A DNA stretch of 64,000 nt from NCBI GenBank assembly GCA_964607825.1, contig CAZSNA010000003.1, forward strand, positions 552 through 64,551, in the 5' to 3' direction. The notes beneath the pieces were generated by a model. The model ran no database searches and was not told the DNA's origin. It worked only from the letters and a program-made list of their open reading frames with translations. The stretch is from an uncultured Fibrobacteraceae bacterium (lineage in GTDB: Bacteria; Krumholzibacteriota; Krumholzibacteriia; LZORAL124-64-63). Below are positions 28,794 through 38,025 of the stretch, in pieces (within the stretch, counting starts at the first letter, position 1; every line of letters begins with the position of its first letter). Made by a program: the position numbers and the translations under genes.

Positions 28794-29468
28794 ATGAAAC
28801 ATGCCAACGTCATTTCCCTGATCATGGTGATCCTCGGCGCCCTCTGCCTGTTCGCGGGCGAGGCCGAGGCGATCATCGTCGATCTGGACGGCTTCGCGGT
28901 GGGCGCGGTGGTCGCGGGCGAGTCGCCCGACGGCACGCAGACCGCCGCCAACCTCTTCGAGGACTTCACCCTCGTCGTAGACAACTACGGGAACGGGCCG
29001 AACTCGCTGGTGGTCTGCGAATCCGTCGAGTTCATCGGACACGGCGACAAGAGCGCGGACAAGGGCCCTGGCAACGGCGGAGACCACATCATGATGATCG
29101 CCGGTAACGTCCTCGACCGGCGCCCCCCCGACGGCTTGGTGGACGACCCCGTCCACCAGCCGGAGGGCGGGTCTGTGGATGTGCTGTTCTCGGCGCCGGT
29201 GAACATGGCCTACGTCCTGCTCGACGTGACCGAAGCGGAAGGACTGACCTACAAGCTGATCGTGGATGGCGTGCCGACGGTGTCCGTGAGCGACGGCGCG
29301 CAGTGGGAGAACGGAGGGATCTTCATCGATCTGGACGGGTATCTGTCCGTCCAGACCATCCGCCTGGAACTGGGTGGCGGCGTCGGCATCGCGAGAATCG
29401 CGTACTTCCCGGAATCCGTGGCCGCGGAAGCGGCCTCGTGGGGCGCGGTCAAGACGATGTACAGGTAG
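28794..29468 (+). CDS. Small Sec-secreted protein of 224 aa ending in the decapeptide SWGAVKTMYR; a paralogue of 47448..48152
   Basis: RBS GGAGGAGGG, signal peptide 'LIMVILGALCLFAGEAEA', a mature N-terminus 'IIVDLDGF' and the shared C-terminal motif. Confidence 0.65.
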   Translation: MKHANVISLIMVILGALCLFAGEAEAIIVDLDGFAVGAVVAGESPDGTQTAANLFEDFTLVVDNYGNGPNSLVVCESVEFIGHGDKSADKGPGNGGDHIMMIAGNVLDRRPPDGLVDDPVHQPEGGSVDVLFSAPVNMAYVLLDVTEAEGLTYKLIVDGVPTVSVSDGAQWENGGIFIDLDGYLSVQTIRLELGGGVGIARIAYFPESVAAEAASWGAVKTMYR

Positions 29469-29605
29469 CGCCGGCCCATCATTGACAGGAAGAGCGGAGC
29501 CCCCCGCGGGATGCGGGGGGTTTCGCGTTGCTTGACCACAGCCATGCCAGCGCCGACAATGGCCGTCGAACCGACTCGACGGCCATGAAAGGAAGGGTCA
29601 CCGAC

Positions 29606-31273
29606 ATGACCGACTCGTCATCCTCGTCAGCCGACTCCGGCCGCAGGTACGTGCTCGTGGCCTCGCTCCTCGCGCTGGCGCTGGCCAGATTCGCCTTCCT
29701 GGGCCATGCCCCGCTCAGATTCGACGAGATCTTCCAGCTGATCCGGACTCTCAATCTCCCGGACATGGGCGATTCCTTCGCGGCGTCCCTGATGGCGTCC
29801 AAGCCCAGCGCGATCCTGCACTACGGGTCGATCCGCATCTTCGGCGCGGACGCGTTCGGCACCCGCTTCCCGATCGTCCTGCAGAGCCTGGTCATCGCCC
29901 TGGCCACCTTCGTGATCGCCCGCCATGTCTTCGACAAGCGCACGGCGATCATCGCGACCTTCGTCTCCCTGTTGCTTCCGTACAACTTCGCCTATGGGCG
30001 ATATGCCCAGTACGACATCGGCCAGACCTGCTGGTTCGCTCTCGGCGCGATGTTCTTCATCTGCAACGACCGGCGCGGCCTGAAACGGAACGTATTGAGC
30101 GGCCTGTTCTTCGCCATGGCCTTCCTGGGCAAGTTCAACGCGCTGATCCTGCAGATGATCCTGTACTTCGTGTTCGTGGTGGTCGCGATCCGGGACCTGA
30201 GGGCCTGGCGGTACTGCATCCTGAATCTCGTCCTGTTCGCCGTGTTCCTCCTGGTCCTCAAGGCGCCCTGCCTCGACGAGCTCGCGGCCTCGATGATGGC
30301 CTGGCTCGGCGCGATCTTCGTCAAGTCCACGGGCGCGACGGGCCTGTCGCTCGGCGCCGCAGCCGCGAGGGTGCTGCAGCTGGTCGTGATCGCCGTGACC
30401 CTTCCCCTGTTCGGGGTCATGCTCTACTCGGTCGTTCGCGTCCGGCGCCGTCCCGGCCTCGCGACGGTGCTCGTCCTGTCCTGCGTCCTGTACTTCCTGG
30501 TCCTCATGCTCCAGGGCCGGATCGCGCCCCGCTACCTCAACCTGGTGATGCCCTTCGCGTGCATCGTGGCGGCGGCCGGCCTGAGGGATCTCTGGGATGC
30601 GAGGGCGTCGCGGTTCGGCAAGCCGATCCTGGTCGCGCTGGCGGCGGCGACCTTCGCCCAGGGCGCCGTCAGCTACGGCGAGTACATCCGCTGGGAGCGC
30701 GAACACGAGCCGTTCGAGGCCATCGGCGACTTCGCCCGCACCGAACTCGAGCCTGCCGGCGGGCGGATCTTCCTGCCGAAGAACTTCCCTTACAACACCG
30801 TGGGCATCATGCAGATGGAGACCGCCTGGACGAACGGAGTCCATGACGAGACCCGGGCCGGGATCTACCACCTGGACTACTCGCCGCACAGCTTCCTGGA
30901 GTGGTCCCGCACGCCCACGTCCCGCATGCTGCTGGCGGAGTGGATCGAGCAGAACCACGACCGGTTGCTCGAGCTCGGCCCGGCCGGCCTGAAGCGGGAG
31001 TTCGCCGGCTTCATGGACGCCGATTCCCTGTCCGACACCGTTCACGCGTCCTACGACCTGTGCGAACTCGCGTCGAGCGGGATCCTGCGCGACGGCGACC
31101 ACGTCTTCGTGCGCGACAGGAGCGACGTGATGTACCCCTCGCTCTGGCCGTCCGATCCGCCGGCGACGGACACCTGTCTCCCGCTGGCGGGCCTCGACCA
31201 CGAGGTCGTCGAGACCTTCACGTTCGTGAATTCGGAGCGGCGCTACGGCCGCTTCGTCCGGATCGGCCGGTGA
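29606..31273 (+). CDS. GT39/GT83-type membrane glycosyltransferase (ArnT/PMT-like; undecaprenyl-phosphate-sugar-dependent)
   Basis: About 555 aa and polytopic, with 'RFDEIFQLIRT' and an aromatic-rich periplasmic C-terminal domain. RBS GGAAGGG precedes the ATG at 29606. Confidence 0.7.
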   Translation: MTDSSSSSADSGRRYVLVASLLALALARFAFLGHAPLRFDEIFQLIRTLNLPDMGDSFAASLMASKPSAILHYGSIRIFGADAFGTRFPIVLQSLVIALATFVIARHVFDKRTAIIATFVSLLLPYNFAYGRYAQYDIGQTCWFALGAMFFICNDRRGLKRNVLSGLFFAMAFLGKFNALILQMILYFVFVVVAIRDLRAWRYCILNLVLFAVFLLVLKAPCLDELAASMMAWLGAIFVKSTGATGLSLGAAAARVLQLVVIAVTLPLFGVMLYSVVRVRRRPGLATVLVLSCVLYFLVLMLQGRIAPRYLNLVMPFACIVAAAGLRDLWDARASRFGKPILVALAAATFAQGAVSYGEYIRWEREHEPFEAIGDFARTELEPAGGRIFLPKNFPYNTVGIMQMETAWTNGVHDETRAGIYHLDYSPHSFLEWSRTPTSRMLLAEWIEQNHDRLLELGPAGLKREFAGFMDADSLSDTVHASYDLCELASSGILRDGDHVFVRDRSDVMYPSLWPSDPPATDTCLPLAGLDHEVVETFTFVNSERRYGRFVRIGR

Positions 31274-31444
31274 TCCCGGCGGCGCCCCGGTGCGCCGTCG
31301 CCGACGGCCGGCCGCAGATGGCGGGGTGCCGCTTCCGGGGCGGCCTGATAGAATGGTCAGGTTGCACGACCACCAGCCGATAACCGGACGAAGGCACCCG
31401 GAAGACGTTGCGCTCGCGAAACTTCGACAAGGCGGACGACGCCC

Positions 31445-32584
31445 ATGCAGTATCGGATCCCCTTCAACAAGCCCTTCATCGTGGGCAAGGAGCTCTATTA
31501 CATCGCCCAGGCCGTCCTGGACGGACGGATCGCCGGCGATGCGCCCTACACGAAGAAGTGCCAGTCGCTGATGGAGGCGCGCTTCGACGCGCGCAAGATC
31601 CTGCTGACCCACTCCTGCACGGCGGCCCTGGAGATGGCGGCCATCCTGGGCGGCGTGTCCGAGGGCGACGAGGTGATCCTCCCCTCCTACACCTTCGTCT
31701 CCACCGCCAACGCCTTCTACCTACGCGGCGCGCGGCTGAAGTTCGTCGACGTGCGGCCCGACAACCTGAACATGGACCTGGGCTCCCTCGAGGCGGCGAT
31801 CACGCCGCAGACCAAGGCCGTGGTGCCGGTGCACTACGCGGGGATCGGCTGCGAGATGGACGAGATCATGGCGCTGGCCGACGCGCACGACTTCCTGGTG
31901 ATCGAGGACGCGGCCCAGGGCGTCAGCGCCACCTACAAGGGGCGGCACCTGGGTACGCTGGGGCACTTCGGCACCTACAGCTTCCACGAGACCAAGAACT
32001 ACATCTGCGGCGAGGGCGGCGCGCTGGTCATCAACGACGAGCGCTTCGTCGAACGCGCGGAGATCATCCGCGAGAAGGGCACCAACCGCAGCCAGTTCTT
32101 CCGCGGCGAGGTGGACAAGTACACCTGGGTCGACCTGGGCTCCTCGTTCCTGCCCTCGGACCTGCTGGCGGCGTTCCTGTACGCCCAGCTCGAGAACATG
32201 GACAAGATCAACGCCCGTCGGGGCGAGATCTACGCCTACTACCGGGCCGCCCTGCAGCCCCTGGCCGACCAGGGCCGGCTGATGCTGCCCGCGGACCATC
32301 CCGACTGCGTGGGTAACCACCACCTCTTCTACGTGATCCTGGAATCCGAGGAACTGCGCGACGGGCTGATGGACCACCTGAAGTCCCACGGCATCCTGGC
32401 GGTCTTCCACTACCTGCCGCTGCACCTGTCGCCCGTCGGCCGGCGCATGGGCGGAGAGCCCGGCTCGCTGCCGATCACCGAGTCGGTGGCCGGACGGCTG
32501 CTGCGGCTGCCATTCTACTACGAGCTGACGAGGGCGGAGCAGGAAGAGGTCGTCGAGCGCATCGAAGAATTCTTCGCCGGCTAG
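31445..32584 (+). CDS. wecE: DegT/DnrJ/EryC1-family sugar aminotransferase, closest to dTDP-4-amino-4,6-dideoxygalactose transaminase WecE/RffA
   Basis: N-terminus 'IPFNKPFIVGKELYYIAQAVLDG...CQSLMEARFDARKILLTHSCTAALEMAA...ILPSYTFVSTANAF' is nearly collinear with E. coli WecE. Confidence 0.85.
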   Translation: MQYRIPFNKPFIVGKELYYIAQAVLDGRIAGDAPYTKKCQSLMEARFDARKILLTHSCTAALEMAAILGGVSEGDEVILPSYTFVSTANAFYLRGARLKFVDVRPDNLNMDLGSLEAAITPQTKAVVPVHYAGIGCEMDEIMALADAHDFLVIEDAAQGVSATYKGRHLGTLGHFGTYSFHETKNYICGEGGALVINDERFVERAEIIREKGTNRSQFFRGEVDKYTWVDLGSSFLPSDLLAAFLYAQLENMDKINARRGEIYAYYRAALQPLADQGRLMLPADHPDCVGNHHLFYVILESEELRDGLMDHLKSHGILAVFHYLPLHLSPVGRRMGGEPGSLPITESVAGRLLRLPFYYELTRAEQEEVVERIEEFFAG

Positions 32585-32913
32585 ACGGAAAAGACGACGA
32601 TCCCCGCCACGATCAGGCCCGCCCCGGCCACCATGCGGCCGTTGAGCTCCTCCTTCAGCACCCAGCGCGACAGGATCATCGTGGCCACGTAGGTCATGGA
32701 GATCCAGGCCGTGACTGTCTTCAGGGGGATGACCTGCATGGCGTAGACGTTGAGCACCGTCACCAGCAGGAACAGGCCATAGCCGACGATCGTGTGCGGG
32801 TTGAGGAAGCTTCCGAGCAGGCTGGACTTGTTCCGCGCCCCGCTGCGCAGGAGCACCTGCGAGACGGCGGTCAGGACGATGCCCAGTCCCAGCGCGGCGG
32901 CGTGGAGGCTCAT
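32581..32913 (-). CDS. Small DMT/SMR-like transporter subunit (ArnE/ArnF-like), 110 aa
   Basis: Four transmembrane helices and an ATGA overlap with the upstream partner. The long upstream extension of the ORF is an artefact. Confidence 0.6.
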   Translation of the reverse strand: MSLHAAALGLGIVLTAVSQVLLRSGARNKSSLLGSFLNPHTIVGYGLFLLVTVLNVYAMQVIPLKTVTAWISMTYVATMILSRWVLKEELNGRMVAGAGLIVAGIVVFSV

Positions 32914-33284
32914 GTCCGCGCCTCCCCTCGTCCCTGGCTGGCCCCGATCAGGAACACCCCGCCCACGATCAGCAGGATGCCGCCGATCTGGTTCAGGTGC
33001 ACGGTTTCGCCGAACACCGTGGCGGCCGTCGCCAGGTTGATCACGAAGACCAGGCTCAGGAAGGGATAGGCCACGTTCAGGGGCAGATGGCGCAGGGTCA
33101 GGATCCACCACACCGACTGCAGGAAGAGCGAGAGCAGGGCCCCCAGGTACCAGGGGCTGAGCAGCATGGCGGGGAAGGCGGCGTCCTGCAGGGCCGTCTT
33201 CTTGGCCAGGATCGACGCCAGCGACCGGAACACGATCGCCAGCGTGATCCACAGCAGGGCGCGGGCGCCGAATCTAGTCGCCAT
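32910..33284 (-). CDS. Small DMT/SMR-like transporter subunit (ArnF/ArnE-like), 124 aa
   Basis: Four transmembrane helices. Paired with 32581..32913, as ArnE and ArnF are. Confidence 0.6.
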   Translation of the reverse strand: MATRFGARALLWITLAIVFRSLASILAKKTALQDAAFPAMLLSPWYLGALLSLFLQSVWWILTLRHLPLNVAYPFLSLVFVINLATAATVFGETVHLNQIGGILLIVGGVFLIGASQGRGEART

Positions 33285-34194
33285 CGCAATCCGCGAAGAC
33301 CTGGAGCTGGCAGATGGCCTCGTGGCGCGCCAGGGTCTTGCGGGCAGCCTTGAGCGTGGGCGGCGAGATGAACTTGCCGTCGACGACCAGGATGCCGCGT
33401 CCCTCCTTGCGGGCCTTCTCGGCCTCCTCCACGACGCTGCGGGCGTACTCGACCGCCTCGTCGCTCGGGGTGTAGATGGCGTGCGCCGTCTCGATCTGCT
33501 TGGGCGTCATGACCAGCATGCCGTCCATGCCCAGGTCGCGGGCCTGCTGCGCGAAGGTCTTAAGGCCCTCGTTGTCGTGCACCCTCACGTAGGGGGTGTC
33601 GATGGGCACCACGCCGGCGGCGCGCGCGGCCATGACCACGTTCGAGCGCGGCGTGTGCAGGGTCTCGTAGTTGGCGCCGTAGGTGGCCTCGATCTCGGCC
33701 AGGTAGTCCTCGCAGCCGTAGAGCAGGCCCACCACGCGGTCCGAGGCGGTGGCCAGCTCGTAGGCGTTGATGGCGGCGAGCGGCGTCTCGATCAGCACGA
33801 TGATGGAGAAGTGGCCGCGGGGCAGGTCCTTGTGCACCTCGATCAGGCGCAGCTGGGCGTCGAAGTTCTTGATGTCGTCGGCGGTGTAGGCCATGGGGTA
33901 GACGAAGCCGTGCAGCTCCTTGCAGGCCACGCCCTCGAGGTCCTGCAGCGTGAGGCCGGTCTCCAGCGGGTTGATGCGCGAGAAGACGGTCTTGCGGGCG
34001 TAGAGCCCGCTCTCGAGGACCTCCCGGATCTTGACGCGGGCGTTGGCCTTCTCGTCCACCGGCACGGCGTCCTCCAGATCAAGCACCACGCAGTCGGCGT
34101 CGGTGCCGGGCGCCTTGCCGAGCATCTTGTCGATGTGGCCGGGCACGAAGAGCAGGGTGCGCAGGGACCAGGGTCCGTCGTAGGGCTTCGTCAT
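33274..34194 (-). CDS. HpcH/HpaI aldolase / citrate lyase beta (CitE)-like acyl-CoA lyase
   Basis: 'LLFVPGH...VVLDLEDAV' and 'GLLYGCEDYLAEI' are CitE/malyl-CoA lyase-like. Confidence 0.8.
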   Translation of the reverse strand: MTKPYDGPWSLRTLLFVPGHIDKMLGKAPGTDADCVVLDLEDAVPVDEKANARVKIREVLESGLYARKTVFSRINPLETGLTLQDLEGVACKELHGFVYPMAYTADDIKNFDAQLRLIEVHKDLPRGHFSIIVLIETPLAAINAYELATASDRVVGLLYGCEDYLAEIEATYGANYETLHTPRSNVVMAARAAGVVPIDTPYVRVHDNEGLKTFAQQARDLGMDGMLVMTPKQIETAHAIYTPSDEAVEYARSVVEEAEKARKEGRGILVVDGKFISPPTLKAARKTLARHEAICQLQVFADCDGD

Positions 34195-34214
34195 GGTCGG
34201 TTCCCTCCGGGGAT

Positions 34215-34686
34215 CTAGGCGGACTCCCGCGACGGCAACAGCACCCGTCGGCGGAAGGTCAGAACTTTCTCGTCGTTCTGGTTGTAGGCGCGGGTCTCCA
34301 CGTACAGGACGCCGCGGTCGGGCTTGCTGCGCGAACGGGTCACCTCGAGCACGGCGGTCTCGGCGCGCAGCGTGTCGCCCAGGAAGACCGGGCCGTCGTG
34401 GGTCACCTTCTCGTATTCCAGGTTGGCGATGGCCGCGCCGGAGACCTCCGACACGGTCATGCCCACCACCACGCTCAGCACGTAGGTCCCGACCACCAGG
34501 ACCCGGCCGTGGGTCTGGCCGGCGCAGTACTCCACGTCCAGGTGGACGGGATGGTGGTTCATGGTCAGCAGGCAGAAGAGGTTGTTGTCGCTCTCGGTCA
34601 CCGTCTTGCGCGGCCAGTGCTCGATGACCGCGCCGACCTCGAAGTCCTCGAGGTGCCGGCGGAAGGGCCCGGTCGGCGCGCTCACG
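34215..34686 (-). CDS. MaoC-like (R)-specific enoyl-CoA hydratase/dehydratase (hot-dog fold)
   Basis: 'FCLLTMNHHPVHLD' is the hot-dog hydratase motif. GTG start with RBS GGAGAAGAC. Confidence 0.75.
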
Positions 34687-35383
34687 ACGTCTTCTCCGGA
34701 TCGGAGGGATCCTCGTCGTACTGGGCGACGGTGCCGATGATCTTCGCAGGGTTGCCCACGGCGATCTCGCCCTCCCCCACGTCCTTGAGGATCACCGCGC
34801 CGATGCCGACGATGGCGTAGGCGCCGATGGTCACGTCCTCGCGCATGCTGCAGTTGGTGCCCAGGTGGGCGCCCTCGCCGATGAGACAGCGGGCGCCGAT
34901 CGCCGAGTTGTTGGCGACCCAGGCGAAGTCCTCCAGCCGGCTGTCGTGGCCGACGAAGGCGTTGCCGTAGAGGTGGTTGTGGTTGGCGACGACCGCGCCG
35001 AAGGAGAGGTTCACCTGGGCGCAGAGCAGCGAGCCATGGCCGATGCCCTCGGCGCCCGAGGTCTGGGTCGACGGGTGCACGAAGGTGGCGAAGGCCTCCC
35101 CGGGGATGCCCATCTCGCGGAAGCGGGCCAGACGCGACTTCGCGTACTTGGCGTTGCGCATGGCGTAGTGGACGAACACGCCCTGCTCGGCGAAGCCGGG
35201 GGCCTCGGCGGTGCGGCCGACCACCGGGTAGGCGCCGATCTCGGCGCCGATCTCCTCGACGTCGTTCAGGTAGCCGCGGATCTCCCACTCGGGCTCGTGG
35301 GCGTTGATGTCCTCGATCACCGAGGCGACTATCTGTCCCGATCCCAGGCCGCCCATGATGACGACCGGCTTCAATGCGCTCAT
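34682..35383 (-). CDS. Hexapeptide-repeat sugar N-acyltransferase (NeuD/PglD/WecD-like)
   Basis: N-terminal Rossmann-like 'VVIMGGLGSGQ', a C-terminal left-handed beta-helix of hexapeptide repeats, and a stop/start overlap with the GT2 gene. Confidence 0.8.
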   Translation of the reverse strand: MSALKPVVIMGGLGSGQIVASVIEDINAHEPEWEIRGYLNDVEEIGAEIGAYPVVGRTAEAPGFAEQGVFVHYAMRNAKYAKSRLARFREMGIPGEAFATFVHPSTQTSGAEGIGHGSLLCAQVNLSFGAVVANHNHLYGNAFVGHDSRLEDFAWVANNSAIGARCLIGEGAHLGTNCSMREDVTIGAYAIVGIGAVILKDVGEGEIAVGNPAKIIGTVAQYDEDPSDPEKTS

Positions 35384-36348
35384 ATGTCCTCTCTCGCGTC
35401 TGTCGTGTGCGTGGGCTGCGGCGGCGCGGACCCGCCGAGGCGGCGTCTGACGAAGAAGGCGGGGTTGCCCTCGGTGCTCTGTATGGCGCGCAGCAGGTAC
35501 TCCCCCATGATCCCCATGATCAGCATGATGGTGCCGCCCAGCAGCAGCAGGGTGGCCATCAGCGAGGCCCAGCCCTGGATGGGCACGTCCATCACCAGCT
35601 TCTGGTAGAGCACCACGAAGAACATCGCCAGGCTCAGGGCCGCGAGCCCCATGCCCAGGTAGGCGAACATGCGCAGCAGGAACGAGGAGTTGTTGATGAT
35701 CAGGTTGCTGAACAGCTTGATCATGCGGCCGAGCGAGTAGCCGCTCTGGCCGTCCTCGCGCGGCTGGTGGTCGATGTCGACGCCCACGATGTCCTTGCTG
35801 ACCTGGAAGAGCAGCGCCGGCATGAAGGGGTTCGGGGTGCGGAAGAGCTTGAGCCCCTCGGCGACGGTGCGGCTGTACAGGCGGAACGACGTGCTCTGCA
35901 GATGCTTGGGCTTGCCGATCAGCGTGTAGTCGAACCAACCCTTGAGCCAGCTCGTCGCGCGCTTGAAGACGTTGTGGCGCTTGCGCCGGAACTGGCCCAG
36001 CACGATGTCGTGGTCCGACGCGTCCAGGAACAGCGGGATGTCCTCGGGACGGTGCTGCAGGTCGTCGTCCATGGTCATCACGACGTCGCCCCGCGCCTCG
36101 GCGTTGCCGCAGAGGGTGGCCCCCTGCTGGCCGAAGTTGCGGGTGAGCTGAATGATCTTCACGCGCGGCCAGTCGTCGGCCACGGCTTCCAGCGCGGGCC
36201 AGGTGGCCGGGCTGGGCGAGCAGTCGTCGACGAAGATCAGCTCGTAGTCGTCGCCGGCGCGGTCGCGGAACACCGCGTCGACGCGGCGTGCGATCTCGGG
36301 CAGCGTCTTGGCGGTGTTGTAGACCGGGATGACGATCGAAACCAGCAT
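35380..36348 (-). CDS. GT2 polyprenyl-phosphate glycosyltransferase (ArnC/DPM1-like) with C-terminal transmembrane helices
   Basis: 'VSIVIPVYNTAKTLPEI', 'FVDDCS' and 'TMDDDLQHRPEDIP' (DxD/QxxRW-type), plus two C-terminal transmembrane segments. Confidence 0.85.
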   Translation of the reverse strand: MLVSIVIPVYNTAKTLPEIARRVDAVFRDRAGDDYELIFVDDCSPSPATWPALEAVADDWPRVKIIQLTRNFGQQGATLCGNAEARGDVVMTMDDDLQHRPEDIPLFLDASDHDIVLGQFRRKRHNVFKRATSWLKGWFDYTLIGKPKHLQSTSFRLYSRTVAEGLKLFRTPNPFMPALLFQVSKDIVGVDIDHQPREDGQSGYSLGRMIKLFSNLIINNSSFLLRMFAYLGMGLAALSLAMFFVVLYQKLVMDVPIQGWASLMATLLLLGGTIMLIMGIMGEYLLRAIQSTEGNPAFFVRRRLGGSAPPQPTHTTDAREDI

Positions 36349-36515
36349 GCACTCTCTCCTGACGTCCGCGCGAACGGGTCGGTTTCCGGCCCTTGTGGCG
36401 GATAATCTAGCACCCGCGGCGTCCCCCTGGCGAGCGGGATTCCGGTTAAAACGGCGCCGCCGGGGCCCAGAGGGGCTCCCGGCGGCGTATCAGCAAGGCG
36501 TATACCAGCTTGCGG

Positions 36516-37997
36516 CTAGAACCCCCCGAACCGTTCGATCGCCCGGTCCGCGAATTCCTTCAGCGGCGCCCACTTCACCCCGAAGTACAGCGTCGGCAGC
36601 GCCAGCACGGCCATGGTCACGTAGTGCAGCGGCGCCACGTTCACCGCGGGGGCGTCCTCGGGCGCCTTCGTGAAGAACAGGGCCTTGGCGATCTTCATGT
36701 AGTAGAAGAGGCTCACCACGCTGTTCAGCACGCCGACGATGGCCAGCCAGTACCACTCGCGCCGCATGACCTCGGCGAAGAGGTAGAACTTGCCGATGAA
36801 GCCGGCGGTGGGCGGCAGGCCGGTCAGGGAGATCAGGAACACGAACATCATGGCCGCGGCCCAGGGGACGCGGAAGCCCAGCCCGGCGTAGTCGTCGAGG
36901 TGCTCGCTGCGCAGCGAGTTGTTGACGGCCACCACGAAGAGGAACGCGCCCAGGTTCATGAGCGAGTAGACCAGCAGGTAGAAGAGGATGGCCTGCAGGC
37001 CCTCGGGCGTGAGCATCAGGAAGCCCATCATCAGGTAGCCCACGTGGGCGATGCTCGAGTAGGCGAGCATGCGCTTCACGTTGTCCTGCCGCACGGCCGC
37101 CAGGTTGCCGTAGGTCATGGTCGCCACCGAGAGGACGGCGATCAGCAGGGGGAAGTCGAGCTCGCCGACCAGCGGCGCCAGGGTCGTGTAGAAGAAGCGG
37201 ATCAGCAGGGCGAAGCCCGCGGCCTTGGGCGCCACCGAGAAGAAGCCGGCCACCGGGGTCGGCGAGCCCTCGTAGACGTCCGGGCACCAGAAGTGGAAGG
37301 GCACCATGGCGATCTTGTAGCCGAGGCCGGCGAAGATCAGCAGCGAGATGGTCAGCAGGACCAGCGGGTCGACCGCGCCGGCCATCAGGGCCGCGCGGAT
37401 GCCGTCGAAGGTCATCGCGCCGGTCAGGCCGAACACCAGCGAGAGGCCGAAGAGCATCACGCCCGAGCTGACCGCGCCGAAGATCATGTACTTGACCGAG
37501 GCCTCGGTGGCGCGCAGCGAGCCGCGCATGTAGCCAGCCATGACGTAGCTCGTCAGCGAGACCAGCTCCAGCGAGAGGTAGAGCATCAGCAGGTCGCGGG
37601 CGGCGGCCATGACCATCATGCCGCCGGTCATCAGGGCGATCAGGGCGTAGTACTCGCCCTTGTGCTCGCGGGTGCGGCCCATGATCTCCTCGCTGCACCA
37701 CGAGAGCAGCACCGTGATCAGGGCCACGAAGGCGAACAGCACCCGGAAGAAGGCGGCCATGCCGTCCACGACCACCAGCTCGCCGAGGATCGAGCGGGCC
37801 TCGCCGTCGAGGCCGGCCACCGCGAAACCGAGTGCGGCCGCCGAGCCGAGCAGCACGATCACGAAGGGCACCACCGTGCGCCGGCGGGCGATCATGTCGC
37901 CCACCAGGGCCAGCAGGAAGGCGCCGAACAGGATCGCCTCGGGGATGAATCCCCCCATGTCGGACCAGCTCGGGATTTGCAGTGTTTCCAGACTCAC
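36516..37997 (-). CDS. nuoN: NADH-quinone oxidoreductase subunit N
   Basis: 493 aa, polytopic and NuoN-like. Confidence 0.9.
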   Translation of the reverse strand: MSLETLQIPSWSDMGGFIPEAILFGAFLLALVGDMIARRRTVVPFVIVLLGSAAALGFAVAGLDGEARSILGELVVVDGMAAFFRVLFAFVALITVLLSWCSEEIMGRTREHKGEYYALIALMTGGMMVMAAARDLLMLYLSLELVSLTSYVMAGYMRGSLRATEASVKYMIFGAVSSGVMLFGLSLVFGLTGAMTFDGIRAALMAGAVDPLVLLTISLLIFAGLGYKIAMVPFHFWCPDVYEGSPTPVAGFFSVAPKAAGFALLIRFFYTTLAPLVGELDFPLLIAVLSVATMTYGNLAAVRQDNVKRMLAYSSIAHVGYLMMGFLMLTPEGLQAILFYLLVYSLMNLGAFLFVVAVNNSLRSEHLDDYAGLGFRVPWAAAMMFVFLISLTGLPPTAGFIGKFYLFAEVMRREWYWLAIVGVLNSVVSLFYYMKIAKALFFTKAPEDAPAVNVAPLHYVTMAVLALPTLYFGVKWAPLKEFADRAIERFGGF

Positions 37998-38025
37998 CGG
38001 AACTTCTCCCTAGCGACGGCCGCGG

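Noticed and set aside
32581-33252. A 223-aa ORF with a long Pro/Arg-rich N-terminal extension on the ArnE-like gene
   Set aside because: Only the last 110 aa are hydrophobic, four-transmembrane and protein-like. Starting at Met 114 gives an ATGA overlap with the partner gene, as expected for an ArnE/ArnF-like pair.
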